A stretch of 64,000 bases of DNA, from NCBI GenBank assembly GCA_965243025.1, contig CBDETY010000003.1, positions 2,880,001-2,944,000 of the forward strand. Direction: 5' to 3'. The stretch comes from Candidatus Latescibacterota bacterium (GTDB lineage Bacteria; Latescibacterota; UBA2968; UBA8231). The notes beneath the pieces are model-generated. The model was not told the origin of the DNA and ran no database searches. It saw nothing but the letters and a program-made list of their open reading frames with translations. The translations under genes were made by a program, and so were the position numbers. Shown here piece by piece: positions 1 through 9,405 of the stretch. Each line of letters begins with the position of its first letter. Position 1 is the stretch's first letter.

Positions 1-292
1 GGGCGATCTCCAGCATGTCGCGGAAGCCGGCGGTGGTGACGAACCCGGTGCGCGCCACCTTCCCCTCGATGATGGCGTTCGTCGCCACCGTGGTCGCGTG
101 CATGACGTAGGTGACGTCCCCGGGGTCGACCTCCTGTTCGGCCAGGATTCGGCGCGCGGCCTCGCTGAATCCCTCGGCCGGGTCTCCCGGGGTCGTGGGG
201 ACCTTGGCGGTGGACACCTCGCCGGTCGCCTCGTCGACGAGGTTGGCGTCGGTGAAGGTGCCGCCGATGTCTATTCCCAGTCTATGCGCCAC
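1..292 (-). CDS. Hydantoinase A / oxoprolinase family protein, N-terminal part (runs off the window)
   Basis: Not in the ORF track. Reverse strand from GTG at 292 reads VAHRLGIDIGGTFTDANLVDE...KVPTTPGDP...HATTVATNAIIEGK...GFVTTAGFRDMLEI, the Hydant_A_N motifs. Overlaps the stop of the hydantoinase B gene. Confidence 0.9.
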   Translation of the reverse strand, partial: MAHRLGIDIGGTFTDANLVDEATGEVSTAKVPTTPGDPAEGFSEAARRILAEQEVDPGDVTYVMHATTVATNAIIEGKVARTGFVTTAGFRDMLEIA

Positions 293-2060
293 GGCCCCCC
301 CCTGCCGCGGCAGCGGCGCGCAGCCTGGCTGTCTCCTCCTCGTCCACCCGCCAGGCCTCGGTGTCGACGGCCACCCGGTAGACCTCCCGGGCGCGCTCGA
401 GACCGACCTTGCCCTCGCGCACGTCGGCGAGCACCGCCAGCGGGTCGCGCTCGTGCGGCGGCCCGTACCCGCCGCCGCCGCAGGTGCGGTAGCTCATCAC
501 CTCCCCCGGGGAGAGGTCGAAGGTCACCTTCGAGCTCAGCTCCTCCGCCTCGCCGTCCGGGTCGAGCACGTAGCTCGCCCTGCGCCCCGGCTCGCCGCCG
601 AACAGGCCGTGGGGCCCCCAGCGGTCGCGGTCGGCGAGGATGGTGAAGCGGACCTCGTGGCCGTAGAAGCGGTAGTCCCGCCGCAGACCCAGCCCTCCGC
701 GCCAGGTGCCGGCCCCGTCGGAGTCCTCGACCAGCTCGTAGCGCACGACGTGCAGCGGGTAGTTCATCTCCGTCTCCTCGACCGGCGCGTTCTCCGTGTT
801 CTGCCCGTGCGTCTGCACGGCGTCCGGGCCGTCGCGGCCAGCGCGGCCCCCGAAGCCGCCGGCCAGGGTCTCGAGGTAGCAGTAGTACTCGCCGCTGCGC
901 GGGTCGGCGCCGCCGAAGCCGGCGTGGCACTGCATCGCCTTGGTTCCCGCCGGCATGCGCTCCGGAAGGGCCGGGGCCAGGGCCTTGAACATCACGTCGG
1001 TCAGCCGCGTCTGGGTCTCCCAGCCGCCGACCACGGCCGCGGGCGCCCTGCAGTTCACCACCGTGCCCTCCGGGGCGTTAATGCGCACCTGGCCGTAGAA
1101 GCCGGCGTTGACCGGCACGTCCTCGTCGATCAGGCACTTGAGGGCGAAGGCGCAGGCCGAGAAGGTCTGGGCCCAGGTCGAGTTCACCGGCGCCCGGCGC
1201 TGCGGATCGCACCCCTCCAGGTCGAACAGCACCCCGTCCCCGTCGATGACGATGCGGGCGGCCAGGGCCACCGGCTCGCCCCCGAAGCCGTCGTTGTCGA
1301 TGCAGCCTTCGGCGCGGAACTCACCCTTGGGCAGCCTGGCGAGGTCGGCGCGGGTGCGCCTTTCGGTGTAGGCGATCAGCTCGCCGGTGTAGAAGGACGC
1401 GGCCTCGGCCCCGACCCGGGCGACCAGGTCGTTGACGCGGCGGATCCCGGTGTTGTTGGCGGCGATCTGGGCGCGCAGGTCGCCGGCGGTCTCCCGCTTC
1501 GAGCGGATCTGCGCCAGCACCAGCCGGAACAGGTCGTCCTCGATCTCCCCGGCCCGCACCAGCCTGACCGCGGGGATGATCACCCCCTCCTGGAACACCT
1601 CCTGGAAGGCGCCGACGCTGGCCGGGGCGCCGCCGCCGACGTCGACGTGGTGGGCGATGTTGGCGGCGTACCCGAACAGCTCGCCGCCGCAGAAGACCGG
1701 GGAGATCAGGGCGATGTCGTTGAGGTGGACGCCGCCGGCGTGGGCGTCGTTGGTCAGGATGGCGTCCCCGGGGCCGAGTTTCTCCGCCCCGTACCGCCGG
1801 ACCGCCCTGGGCACCAGCTCGACCATCGACCCGAGGTGGGTGGGCTGGGCGAAGCACTGGGCAACCGCCCGCAGGTCCCGGTCGAACAGCACGCAGGAGA
1901 AGTCGGCGCGCGTCTTGATGTTGGTCGAGTACGCCGACCGCCTCAGGGCGACGGCCATCTCCTCGGTCGCCTCCACGAGGGCGTTGCGGATCACCTCGAA
2001 GGCGATGGGGTCGACGCGGCGGTCGGGGGGACTGGGACCGGGGCGTTCTGCTGCCGACAT
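282..2060 (-). CDS. Hydantoinase B / oxoprolinase family protein
   Basis: DPIAFEVIRNAL, AYSTNIK..ADFSC, THLGSM, GVHLND, GGGGYG motifs. ATG 2060 preceded by AGGAAGG. Confidence 0.92.
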   Translation of the reverse strand: MSAAERPGPSPPDRRVDPIAFEVIRNALVEATEEMAVALRRSAYSTNIKTRADFSCVLFDRDLRAVAQCFAQPTHLGSMVELVPRAVRRYGAEKLGPGDAILTNDAHAGGVHLNDIALISPVFCGGELFGYAANIAHHVDVGGGAPASVGAFQEVFQEGVIIPAVRLVRAGEIEDDLFRLVLAQIRSKRETAGDLRAQIAANNTGIRRVNDLVARVGAEAASFYTGELIAYTERRTRADLARLPKGEFRAEGCIDNDGFGGEPVALAARIVIDGDGVLFDLEGCDPQRRAPVNSTWAQTFSACAFALKCLIDEDVPVNAGFYGQVRINAPEGTVVNCRAPAAVVGGWETQTRLTDVMFKALAPALPERMPAGTKAMQCHAGFGGADPRSGEYYCYLETLAGGFGGRAGRDGPDAVQTHGQNTENAPVEETEMNYPLHVVRYELVEDSDGAGTWRGGLGLRRDYRFYGHEVRFTILADRDRWGPHGLFGGEPGRRASYVLDPDGEAEELSSKVTFDLSPGEVMSYRTCGGGGYGPPHERDPLAVLADVREGKVGLERAREVYRVAVDTEAWRVDEEETARLRAAAAAGGGRGA

Positions 2061-2377
2061 TATGGACCTTCCTGCTCGCGGTCTCCGCGAGAATGGGTGC
2101 GCTGCCTCAGGCTCCCGGCAACGTACTTTCTTCAGCCTCAAACGCCAACCGGCAATGGAGGAACCCTGCCCCTGGATTTCCCGCGCGGGAGACAGCACAG
2201 GATCCGCAATCGCTCGCCGGCGGCCGGCGGGTACGACGGAAGGCTCATGAACGACAAGACTGTTCTGAAGAAAGGAAGCGTGACCTTTCCCGAGGACCGC
2301 ATCCGGATCAGCTGCCGGGCCCCCCGGCCGCTGTGTTTCCGGTTGGCAACGCCGGGTTTCCGGCAGGAGATGAAACC

Positions 2378-3595
2378 ATGACGGTTCCGAGGGTCGCCGT
2401 CGTCGGCATGGGGGGGTTCGCCGCCGACCACCGCTCCTGGGCGCGCGAGCTCGACGCGAAGGGAGCCATCCGTCAGGTGGCGCAGGTCGCCCCGGCCTTC
2501 GACCACCGGCCCTTCGCCGCCGACATCGCCGCCCTGCGCGAGCGCGGCGTCGCCGTGTACGACAGCCTCAGGCAGATGATGGCCGAGCAGCGCCGGGAGA
2601 TCGACCTCGTCACCATCCCGACCGGCATCCACCTGCACCGGCCGATGACCGTGGCCTGCCTCGAGGCCGGCTGCCACGTCCTGGTCGAGAAGCCGGCCTC
2701 CGGCTCGATCCAGGATACCGACGCCATGATCCGCGCCGAGGAGCAGTCGGGGCCGCAGGTCACCGTCGGCTACCAGCACCTTTACCGGGAGGACGTCGCC
2801 CTGCTCAAGGAGTGGGTCTGCGCCGGCCGCTTCGGGGCGGTACGGCGGATCAAGGCGTTCGGGAGCTGGCCGCGCAGCCTCGAGTACTACGGCCGCAACG
2901 AGTGGGCCGGCCTCTACGGCCTCGGCGACCGCTGGGTCCTCGACGCCCCGCACCAGAACGCCATGGCCCACGCCGTCAACCTCATGTGCTACCTCGGCTG
3001 CCAGCGCCCCCGGCAGTCGCTGACCCCGGAGTCGATCCGGGCGGAGCTCTACCGCTGCAACGCCATCCTCAGCGCCGACTCCGTCTCCCTGCGCATGCGG
3101 TCCGCCGAAGGAACGGAGGTCTTCTTCGCCGCCAGCCACTGCACCGACGAGCAGCTCGACACCGTCTTCGTGCTGGAAGCGGAGAAAGCGACCCTCACCC
3201 TCGAGTACGAGGGGGGCGGCGGGATCGAGTGGTCCGGCGGCGGGCGGGAACCGCTGCCCGTCTCCGAAGCCGGGGTCACCGACGTGCTGGAGAAGGCGGC
3301 CGCCCTGGCCACCGGCGGGCTCGACCTGCCCCCCTGCCCGCTCGCCGTCGCCAGGGCCCAGACCCTGTGCACCTGCGGCAGCTACGAGTCCTCAGCCGTC
3401 CACGAGCTGCCCGGCCGGCAGATAGTCGGCGGCACCGTCGTCTTACCCGGGATGAAGGAGGCGGTGCTGCAGGCGTTCGAGGAAGCGGCGCTGTTCTCCG
3501 AGCTCTCCCTGCCCTGGGCGCGGGCGGGCGAAGAGGTCGACCTGCGGGGGTACGGGTACTACCCTGCCTTTCGCCCGCCTGCTGAAAGGAAGTAG
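2378..3595 (+). CDS. Gfo/Idh/MocA family oxidoreductase
   Basis: VAVVGMGGFA Rossmann start, HVLVEKP motif, VGYQ. AGGAG RBS before ATG 2378. Confidence 0.88.
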   Translation: MTVPRVAVVGMGGFAADHRSWARELDAKGAIRQVAQVAPAFDHRPFAADIAALRERGVAVYDSLRQMMAEQRREIDLVTIPTGIHLHRPMTVACLEAGCHVLVEKPASGSIQDTDAMIRAEEQSGPQVTVGYQHLYREDVALLKEWVCAGRFGAVRRIKAFGSWPRSLEYYGRNEWAGLYGLGDRWVLDAPHQNAMAHAVNLMCYLGCQRPRQSLTPESIRAELYRCNAILSADSVSLRMRSAEGTEVFFAASHCTDEQLDTVFVLEAEKATLTLEYEGGGGIEWSGGGREPLPVSEAGVTDVLEKAAALATGGLDLPPCPLAVARAQTLCTCGSYESSAVHELPGRQIVGGTVVLPGMKEAVLQAFEEAALFSELSLPWARAGEEVDLRGYGYYPAFRPPAERK

Positions 3596-3718
3596 ACTGC
3601 ATTCATAGTCGAGCATGAAGACAAACGCTCCTTGCTGGAGATCCTGGCCGCTCTCGAACCATTGAGGGAGGAGTTCCCGCCAGTCGACGATCCGCAACCC
3701 GACGAGGTCGAGCTCTGA
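3596..3718 (+). pseudogene. vapB: C-terminal remnant of an AbrB/MazE-type VapB antitoxin
   Basis: Frame reads FIVEHEDKRSLLEILAALEPLREEFPPVDDPQPDEVEL*, resembling the acidic VapB tail. No start codon. TGATG overlap with the vapC start. Confidence 0.65.
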
Positions 3719-3934
3719 TGCCATACCTGCTCGACACCAACATCCTGTCCGACCTCGTCCGCAACCCTCAGGGCCGGCTGCGCAGCCGGCTGGGAAGGAA
3801 GGGGCAGCCGATCGGGGGCAACGATCTGCTGATCGCCGCGCAGGCCCTTTCTTCCGGACACATTCTCGTTACCGACAACGAGCGCGAGTTCTCCCGCATC
3901 GACGGCCTGCTGCGGGAGCACTGGGCTGAGGTAG
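3718..3934 (+). pseudogene. vapC: VapC PIN toxin relic with an internal deletion and a frameshifted stop
   Basis: MPYLLDTNILSDLVRNPQG is joined directly to RLRSRL..GQPIGGNDLLIAAQAL..ILVTDNEREFSRIDGL; roughly 60 central residues are missing. TGG-G-CTG-AGG-TAG would read WLR* without one extra G. Confidence 0.8.
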
Positions 3935-3970
3935 GCCGGCGCCCTGGAAACTGCGCCGGCCCCCGCCCTT

Positions 3971-6487
3971 TCAGTGGGGCACGCCGAGCTTGTGCATGCG
4001 CCGGTGAATGGCCTCGCGCGCCTCGACGAACGGCCGCTCGAGGTAGGCGCCGTGATCCTCCTCCCCGTGGTGATGGGTCGCGGTCCCGACCTCGTGCTGG
4101 CGGCTGGTGTTGCGGATGTACTCGATGCAGCCGTCGACGAGGGTCAGCATGTAGGTCGCCGTATCCTGGTCGAACATCCACCACTCCCCGCCGCAGGCGA
4201 CGTAGACCGGCGAGGTGTGCGCGAAGATGCCGCGGCCCCAGCCGTCGTAGTGCGGTAGCGACCGGTACCCCGGGCCCGCGACCCGCGCCGCCAGCCAGGA
4301 GTGGCCGCTGATCTCCGCCTTCCCTCTCAGGGTGAGCCGCCGCGCCCCCCTGGGCTCCGACGCCTCGGCCACAACCCGCCCCTCCTGCACCACCTGCAGG
4401 CAGTGGACGGGGAAGATGCACTCCGCCTCGGCCTCGAACTCCAGGGTGCCGCCGTTGCCGGGCAGCTCCACGGTGTCGCCGATCTCGCGGCCGTCGACGC
4501 GGAACTTCAGCATCGGCCCGCCGCTGTGGACGGTGCGGCCGGCGGCGACCGCCCGGCACCAGTTGTCGTAGGTGAACTCCTCCCCTTCGCCGAGCTTCGC
4601 GTAGGTGCGGTAGATGCCGACCGGCACGTCGCTCGACATCTTGTCGGTGCCGCCGACCAGCGGAAGCTTGTACCCGCAGTTGAGGTAGCGGTAGTACTCG
4701 TGGTGGTTGAACTCGGCGTGGCGCAGCATCTCGACGGCGTCCGCCCTGCCGGTGGCGATCAGGGCGGCGGGCTCGCCGTTGGGGCTCGGCAGGTGGGGAA
4801 TAACCACCGTCCCTCCCTGGGAGTGGGTGCGGTCGGCCCAGTCCGACATCGTCACCTCGAGGGTGCCGCCCATCTCCGCCTCCCCGGGGCCGTCCGAGCA
4901 CCAGGGCATGACCGGCTCCTTCAGGCCCCACAGGATCAGGTGGCCGAGGAAGTGCTGCCGGTTCTCCTGCGACACGTAGACGATGCTGTTGCCGTCGTCG
5001 GAGACGCTGGGGGCCCCGGTGAACTCCTGCTTGTCGGTGAACAGGGTCCCCCACTGCGACTGCAGCATGTTGACGACGTTGAGGTCCTCGGCGTTGGCCT
5101 CGGTGTGGCTCCCCTGCGCCGACAGGAAGTGGACGTGGGAGTCGCCGCTGTACCAGCCCTCGGCGTTCATGTGGCACCAGCGCTTCAGGCGCAGCTCAAG
5201 CTCCCGCTGCCCCGGCTTTATCTCGATCCTGCGGCGGACCGGCTCGTACTCGAACCCCCGCGCCACGTCGACGATCACCTCGCCGCGCGGCAGCCAGCCC
5301 TGGCAGGTGCCGTCGATGTAGGCGTAGGAAGCCTGGCCGAGGCGCAGGTCGCCGCCGACGTCGAAGTGCCAGGTGCCGTTGTTGGAGTTGACGTGGGCGT
5401 GGTGCCCGTGGGGGGCGTAGGCCACCCCCCGCGGCGAGCGGAAGTGGATGCGGCAGGGGACCGGCCGCCCGGTGTCGTCGTCGATCACCCGGGTGTGCAC
5501 CCAGTTGCGGCCGCCGTCGGCGACCTCGACGCGGACCCTCGAGCCCGACCCGGCTGCGCCATCGGCGAGCACCTCTCCCCAGCTGACCTCACCCAGGGTC
5601 TCCTCCCCCTGCCTGACGGTCACCGTCGCCGACGGCGAGGCGGCGATCTCGACCTGGGCGGGGCTGCTCTTCTCGTTCTGCGGCTCCCCCCATCCCTTGC
5701 GGTCGTCGGCGACGAACTCGTCGGCCGGCTTCTCCGGCAGCGGGTACGGGTAGGTCGCCACCCCGCGGTCGACATCGACCTCGAGACCGAACGGCTTTTC
5801 CGCGTCCTCCGGCCGCGGCAGGGTGATGACGGCGTCGCGCAGACCCCCGCGGCAGACCGGCTCCTCGTCGGCGCTGCCGAGGGTTATGCCGCCGACGGCG
5901 AGGACCCGCGGGCCCGGAACCACCTCGATGGCAACCAGCTCCTTCTCCGGGGAGGGGTTCTTCCACGACCAGAGCACGAACCAGCGCGGCGTCGCCCGCT
6001 CCACCTCGGTCTGGCGCCGTCCCGCGTCGCTCCAGCGGCCCTCCCAGCGCGGCAGCAGCCTGTCGCCACAATCGGGGAAGGCGAGAAACGGGGAGCCTCC
6101 GTTCGGGGGCACCGTGCAGATCTCGAAGCGCTCCCGCAGGGAGACGGCGTGGGACTCGCCGCCGGCGAGGTGGAAGACGTAGGAGCCGACCTCCTCGCCG
6201 ACCGGACCGCCCTGTGAGATCCGCGATTCCACCAGGCGGTGGGCGAAGACGGCGTAGCGCGCCGAGCTGCCCACGGGAATCGACACCGGTTCGGCCGCGT
6301 GTCCCGGCCCGGCGGCCAGCAGGCAGCGCCCCGGCCCTGCGCCGGCGCCGCCGATCGAGAACGGCAGCCCCTGGAAGGTCTGGTCCCCGGCGGGGAAATC
6401 GCTGGGGGGGGCGCCTCCGCTGTCGAAAAGGTCCGCCCCGGCGTTGCACACTCCAGCCAGATCGATCGGTTCGTAGTCCTTCGTCAT
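3971..6487 (-). CDS. CehA/McbA-like PHP-fold metallohydrolase with N-terminal beta-rich extension
   Basis: RGFEYEP, GWYSGDSHVH, AEDLNV, QENRQHFLGH, YYRYLNCG, GGTD..RTY motifs. GGAGGTGAAAGG RBS. Confidence 0.8.
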   Translation of the reverse strand: MTKDYEPIDLAGVCNAGADLFDSGGAPPSDFPAGDQTFQGLPFSIGGAGAGPGRCLLAAGPGHAAEPVSIPVGSSARYAVFAHRLVESRISQGGPVGEEVGSYVFHLAGGESHAVSLRERFEICTVPPNGGSPFLAFPDCGDRLLPRWEGRWSDAGRRQTEVERATPRWFVLWSWKNPSPEKELVAIEVVPGPRVLAVGGITLGSADEEPVCRGGLRDAVITLPRPEDAEKPFGLEVDVDRGVATYPYPLPEKPADEFVADDRKGWGEPQNEKSSPAQVEIAASPSATVTVRQGEETLGEVSWGEVLADGAAGSGSRVRVEVADGGRNWVHTRVIDDDTGRPVPCRIHFRSPRGVAYAPHGHHAHVNSNNGTWHFDVGGDLRLGQASYAYIDGTCQGWLPRGEVIVDVARGFEYEPVRRRIEIKPGQRELELRLKRWCHMNAEGWYSGDSHVHFLSAQGSHTEANAEDLNVVNMLQSQWGTLFTDKQEFTGAPSVSDDGNSIVYVSQENRQHFLGHLILWGLKEPVMPWCSDGPGEAEMGGTLEVTMSDWADRTHSQGGTVVIPHLPSPNGEPAALIATGRADAVEMLRHAEFNHHEYYRYLNCGYKLPLVGGTDKMSSDVPVGIYRTYAKLGEGEEFTYDNWCRAVAAGRTVHSGGPMLKFRVDGREIGDTVELPGNGGTLEFEAEAECIFPVHCLQVVQEGRVVAEASEPRGARRLTLRGKAEISGHSWLAARVAGPGYRSLPHYDGWGRGIFAHTSPVYVACGGEWWMFDQDTATYMLTLVDGCIEYIRNTSRQHEVGTATHHHGEEDHGAYLERPFVEAREAIHRRMHKLGVPH

Positions 6488-6630
6488 GATCCTTTCACCT
6501 CCTGTGGTATCTCCGTTTCTGCTGCATTGAATGCTTTCCGTGCCAATGTTTCCGGCGGGATGTCCCCTGCTGCCGGCGGCCCCCGTTCCTCTCCCGCTGG
6601 CCGGCTCTCTTTTTTCCCCGCCCCCGGCCG

Positions 6631-7359
6631 CTACAGGCCCGCCTTTTCCAGCATGCGCCCGACCAGCCCGACCGAATGCTCGATGCAGTCGCGCCCGTGA
6701 CCGGCCGTGGCGTCGCGCGGGTCTTCGCCGCCGACCCCCTGGGGCCAGACCCCGCGGTCGGGATCGAGGGCTCCGAGGTCGACCAGCTCGGCCCTCAAGG
6801 CCATCACCAGCGACGTCTCGTTGCGGGCGGCGTGGTCGATCTGGCTCTTCCACTCCCCCGCCACCTCTGCGGTGACCCCGAGCAGCTCGAGCCCGAAGCG
6901 CGCCTTGCGCTCCTCCAGGTGGGTCACCCAGGAGCGCCGCGACGGGCCGTGGCCGTCGGCGAAGACCGCCTTGAAACCGGCCCGCTTCACCTGCTCGAGG
7001 ACGGCGTCGACGAGGGCGAGGAACAGCCCCTGCGAGACCCAGTAGCAGCTGCCGTCGAGCTGCCGGTTCGGCGCCGTCACATCGGCCGTGTCCATCCCCT
7101 GCAGGAAGCTGCCGTCCGGCTGCAGCGATGCCCGGTCAGGTCCGAGGTGAATCGGCGGCAGCACGATCCCCCCGAAACGGCGGGCGCACTCGCACATCAC
7201 GCCCTCGCTGATGATGGCGTCGCTGCCGAGGGGCAGCTGCTCGCCGTGCCACTCCAGGGTTCCCAGGGGCAGGTAGGCCAGGGGCCGCCGCGCCAAGCGC
7301 TCGCGGAACTCCTGCGGCCTCATCTCGGCGTATCGCACCTTGTCGGACACTTTCGTCAT
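6631..7359 (-). CDS. Creatininase / creatinine amidohydrolase family protein
   Basis: AYLPLGTLEWHGEQLPLGSD, DGHG, DHAARNETS. ATGA overlap with the upstream gene. Confidence 0.88.
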   Translation of the reverse strand: MTKVSDKVRYAEMRPQEFRERLARRPLAYLPLGTLEWHGEQLPLGSDAIISEGVMCECARRFGGIVLPPIHLGPDRASLQPDGSFLQGMDTADVTAPNRQLDGSCYWVSQGLFLALVDAVLEQVKRAGFKAVFADGHGPSRRSWVTHLEERKARFGLELLGVTAEVAGEWKSQIDHAARNETSLVMALRAELVDLGALDPDRGVWPQGVGGEDPRDATAGHGRDCIEHSVGLVGRMLEKAGL

Positions 7360-9377
7360 CCCTCTCCGCTGACGCGGGCGAACCCGTCGGGCGCCCTCAT
7401 GTTCTCTGCCGCGGCGCGGATCCAGGCGCCGGAGCGGACGCGTTCCTCGACCCGCAGGTGGGCGACCTCGCCGTCGAGGCGGCTGCAGCCCTCGAGCTCG
7501 CCGACCTGCACCCCGGCGCTGCAGGCCCCCAGTTCTCCCTTCCCCTTCGCGGTCCCCGCCAGCGTCCCGTCGATGTAGAGCCGCGCCTCCGCCCCGTCGT
7601 AGACCCCGGCGACGTGATGCCACCCCGGACCCGGGTTGCAGTTTGCCCGGGCGCTCACCGGACCGGTCCTGGTGTTGACGGTGAACACCGGCCCGGGCAC
7701 CGACGCCCCGAGGCCGCCGTTGTGGCCGCAGTCCATGTACTTCAGCAGGAACCGCGCCCCCTCCCCGGCGGTGTCGTAGCGCAGCACCTGCCCGTGCGGG
7801 AAGATCGAGCCGTCCCCGGTCGGGTCGCCCGGCTCCCCGTCCTTGCGCCACGGCGCGAAGTAGAGGAAACGGCCGTCGAAGGCGCCGCCGTTGAAGCCGC
7901 CGGGATTGGGGGGCGCCAGCAGCGAGCCGTCCGCGGCGCTCCAGGCCTCCCCGTCGGCGAACTCCATGCTGGTGTCGTAGCGCAGCAGCTCGCAGTGGAA
8001 GCCGCTCTCGCCGCCGCCGCTGTAGAAGGGGATGAAGTACACGTAGCGCCCGTCGAACAGGGCGCCGTCGAAGCCGCGGCACTCCAGCCCGGAGGTCCCG
8101 GCGACGTCGCGCGCCTCCCAGCCCGCGCCCGCCTCGAACCGGGCCCCGGTGTCGAAGCGCACCACCGCAGCGTTGTCGCCGTAGGGCGCGTAGTAGACGT
8201 AGCGGCCGTCGAACACCGCCCCGACGCACATGGCGATCGGCGGATCGGTGGCGCCGCGGATGTCGCAGGCCTCCCAGCTCCCCGGATCCGCGAACGGCCG
8301 GCGGGTGTCGTAGCGCAGCATGTTGCCGCGGCGGCTCAGGGGGGCGAAGTACACATGGCGGCCGTCGAAAACCGCCCCGTCGTAGCAGGAGCAGGCCACC
8401 CCGCCGGTGTTTCCCGCGTCCCAGGTCTCGTAGCTGCCCGCCTCGTCGAACGGCGCCGCGGTGTCGTAGCGGATCACCAGACCGCTCCCGCCGCCGCTGC
8501 CGTCGTATCCGGGGACGTAGTAGATGTAGCGCCCGTCGAAGGCGCACCCCTGGGAGGAGCGCGCCAGCCCGAGGTCGAACGCCTCCCAGGCGGCCGGGTC
8601 GCGGAAGTCGCCGTTGCCGGCGTCGTAACGCAGCATGGCGGAGTGGAGCTTCCCGCCGCTGTTGTGGCGCGGCACGTAGTAGACGTAACGGCCGGCGCAA
8701 ACGACCCCGTAGTACCCGGTGGTGTCGAGCCCCGCGGTCCTGCCGGCGTCGCGGGCCGCCCAGCTTCCCGGGTCGTCGAAGCCGCCGTGGGTGTCGTAGC
8801 GCAGGGCCGTGCCGTGGCGCCCGGTGGTGTTGCACTGCGGCGAGAAATAGACGTAGCGGCCGTCGCACATCGCCCCGAAGAACCCCCGCGTCTCCAGGCC
8901 GTCGGTGGCGCCGGCGTCGTAGGTGGCGAAGCGCTCGAGAGCGGGCGCCAGGGGCCACTGCGAGGCGATCACTTGCATCTGTTCGGCACGGGATTCCCCG
9001 GCGCGGATCCAGGACTCGACGGTCAGGGCGCTGCCCCCGCCGTTCCCGCCGCTCGATTTGTCCGTCGCCCGCGCGGAAACTCCTGAAGCGGGGAACCGGC
9101 AGCTCCGGGTGAACGGGTCTTCGGGATTTCCGGAACCGCTGCCGCCGGGCACGGCGAAGAAGACGGTGTCGGCCGCCGCGGCTACCCCGGGCAGCAGCAC
9201 CCGGACCAGGGATTCCCCGGGGGTTCCGAACCGGACCCACGGAAGCTCCCTGCCGCTGGAGTCAGCGAACGCGAGGCCGGCTGCCGCCGCGCCCTCCGGG
9301 AGCCTCACCACCACCGGAAAATCCGCGAGATCGGCGGCCGCTGTCCCGGCGGGAATGGTGATGCGCAGCCGCTTCAT
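7356..9377 (-). CDS. LamG/ConA-like domain protein with an inserted 7-repeat beta-propeller and a DUF2341-like N-terminus
   Basis: N-terminal LADFPVVVRL..LAFADSSGRELPW. LTVESWIR precedes, and WHHVAGVYDG..RLYIDG follows, seven FDGRYVY.P..LRYDT repeats. Confidence 0.75.
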   Translation of the reverse strand: MKRLRITIPAGTAAADLADFPVVVRLPEGAAAAGLAFADSSGRELPWVRFGTPGESLVRVLLPGVAAAADTVFFAVPGGSGSGNPEDPFTRSCRFPASGVSARATDKSSGGNGGGSALTVESWIRAGESRAEQMQVIASQWPLAPALERFATYDAGATDGLETRGFFGAMCDGRYVYFSPQCNTTGRHGTALRYDTHGGFDDPGSWAARDAGRTAGLDTTGYYGVVCAGRYVYYVPRHNSGGKLHSAMLRYDAGNGDFRDPAAWEAFDLGLARSSQGCAFDGRYIYYVPGYDGSGGGSGLVIRYDTAAPFDEAGSYETWDAGNTGGVACSCYDGAVFDGRHVYFAPLSRRGNMLRYDTRRPFADPGSWEACDIRGATDPPIAMCVGAVFDGRYVYYAPYGDNAAVVRFDTGARFEAGAGWEARDVAGTSGLECRGFDGALFDGRYVYFIPFYSGGGESGFHCELLRYDTSMEFADGEAWSAADGSLLAPPNPGGFNGGAFDGRFLYFAPWRKDGEPGDPTGDGSIFPHGQVLRYDTAGEGARFLLKYMDCGHNGGLGASVPGPVFTVNTRTGPVSARANCNPGPGWHHVAGVYDGAEARLYIDGTLAGTAKGKGELGACSAGVQVGELEGCSRLDGEVAHLRVEERVRSGAWIRAAAENMRAPDGFARVSGEG

Positions 9378-9405
9378 CGCACCGCGCCGCCGCCGGATGG
9401 CTCCC

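Noticed and set aside
1-2060. Hydantoinase B gene placed upstream of hydantoinase A
   Set aside because: Both orders occur in this family; not distinctive.
111-2381. Long antisense and alternative-frame ORFs here and throughout (e.g. 4301-6217, 13505-15697, 35399-37747, 52172-54970)
   Set aside because: Shadow ORFs typical of high-GC DNA, overlapping well-supported genes, with Arg/Pro/Gly-rich translations and no motifs.
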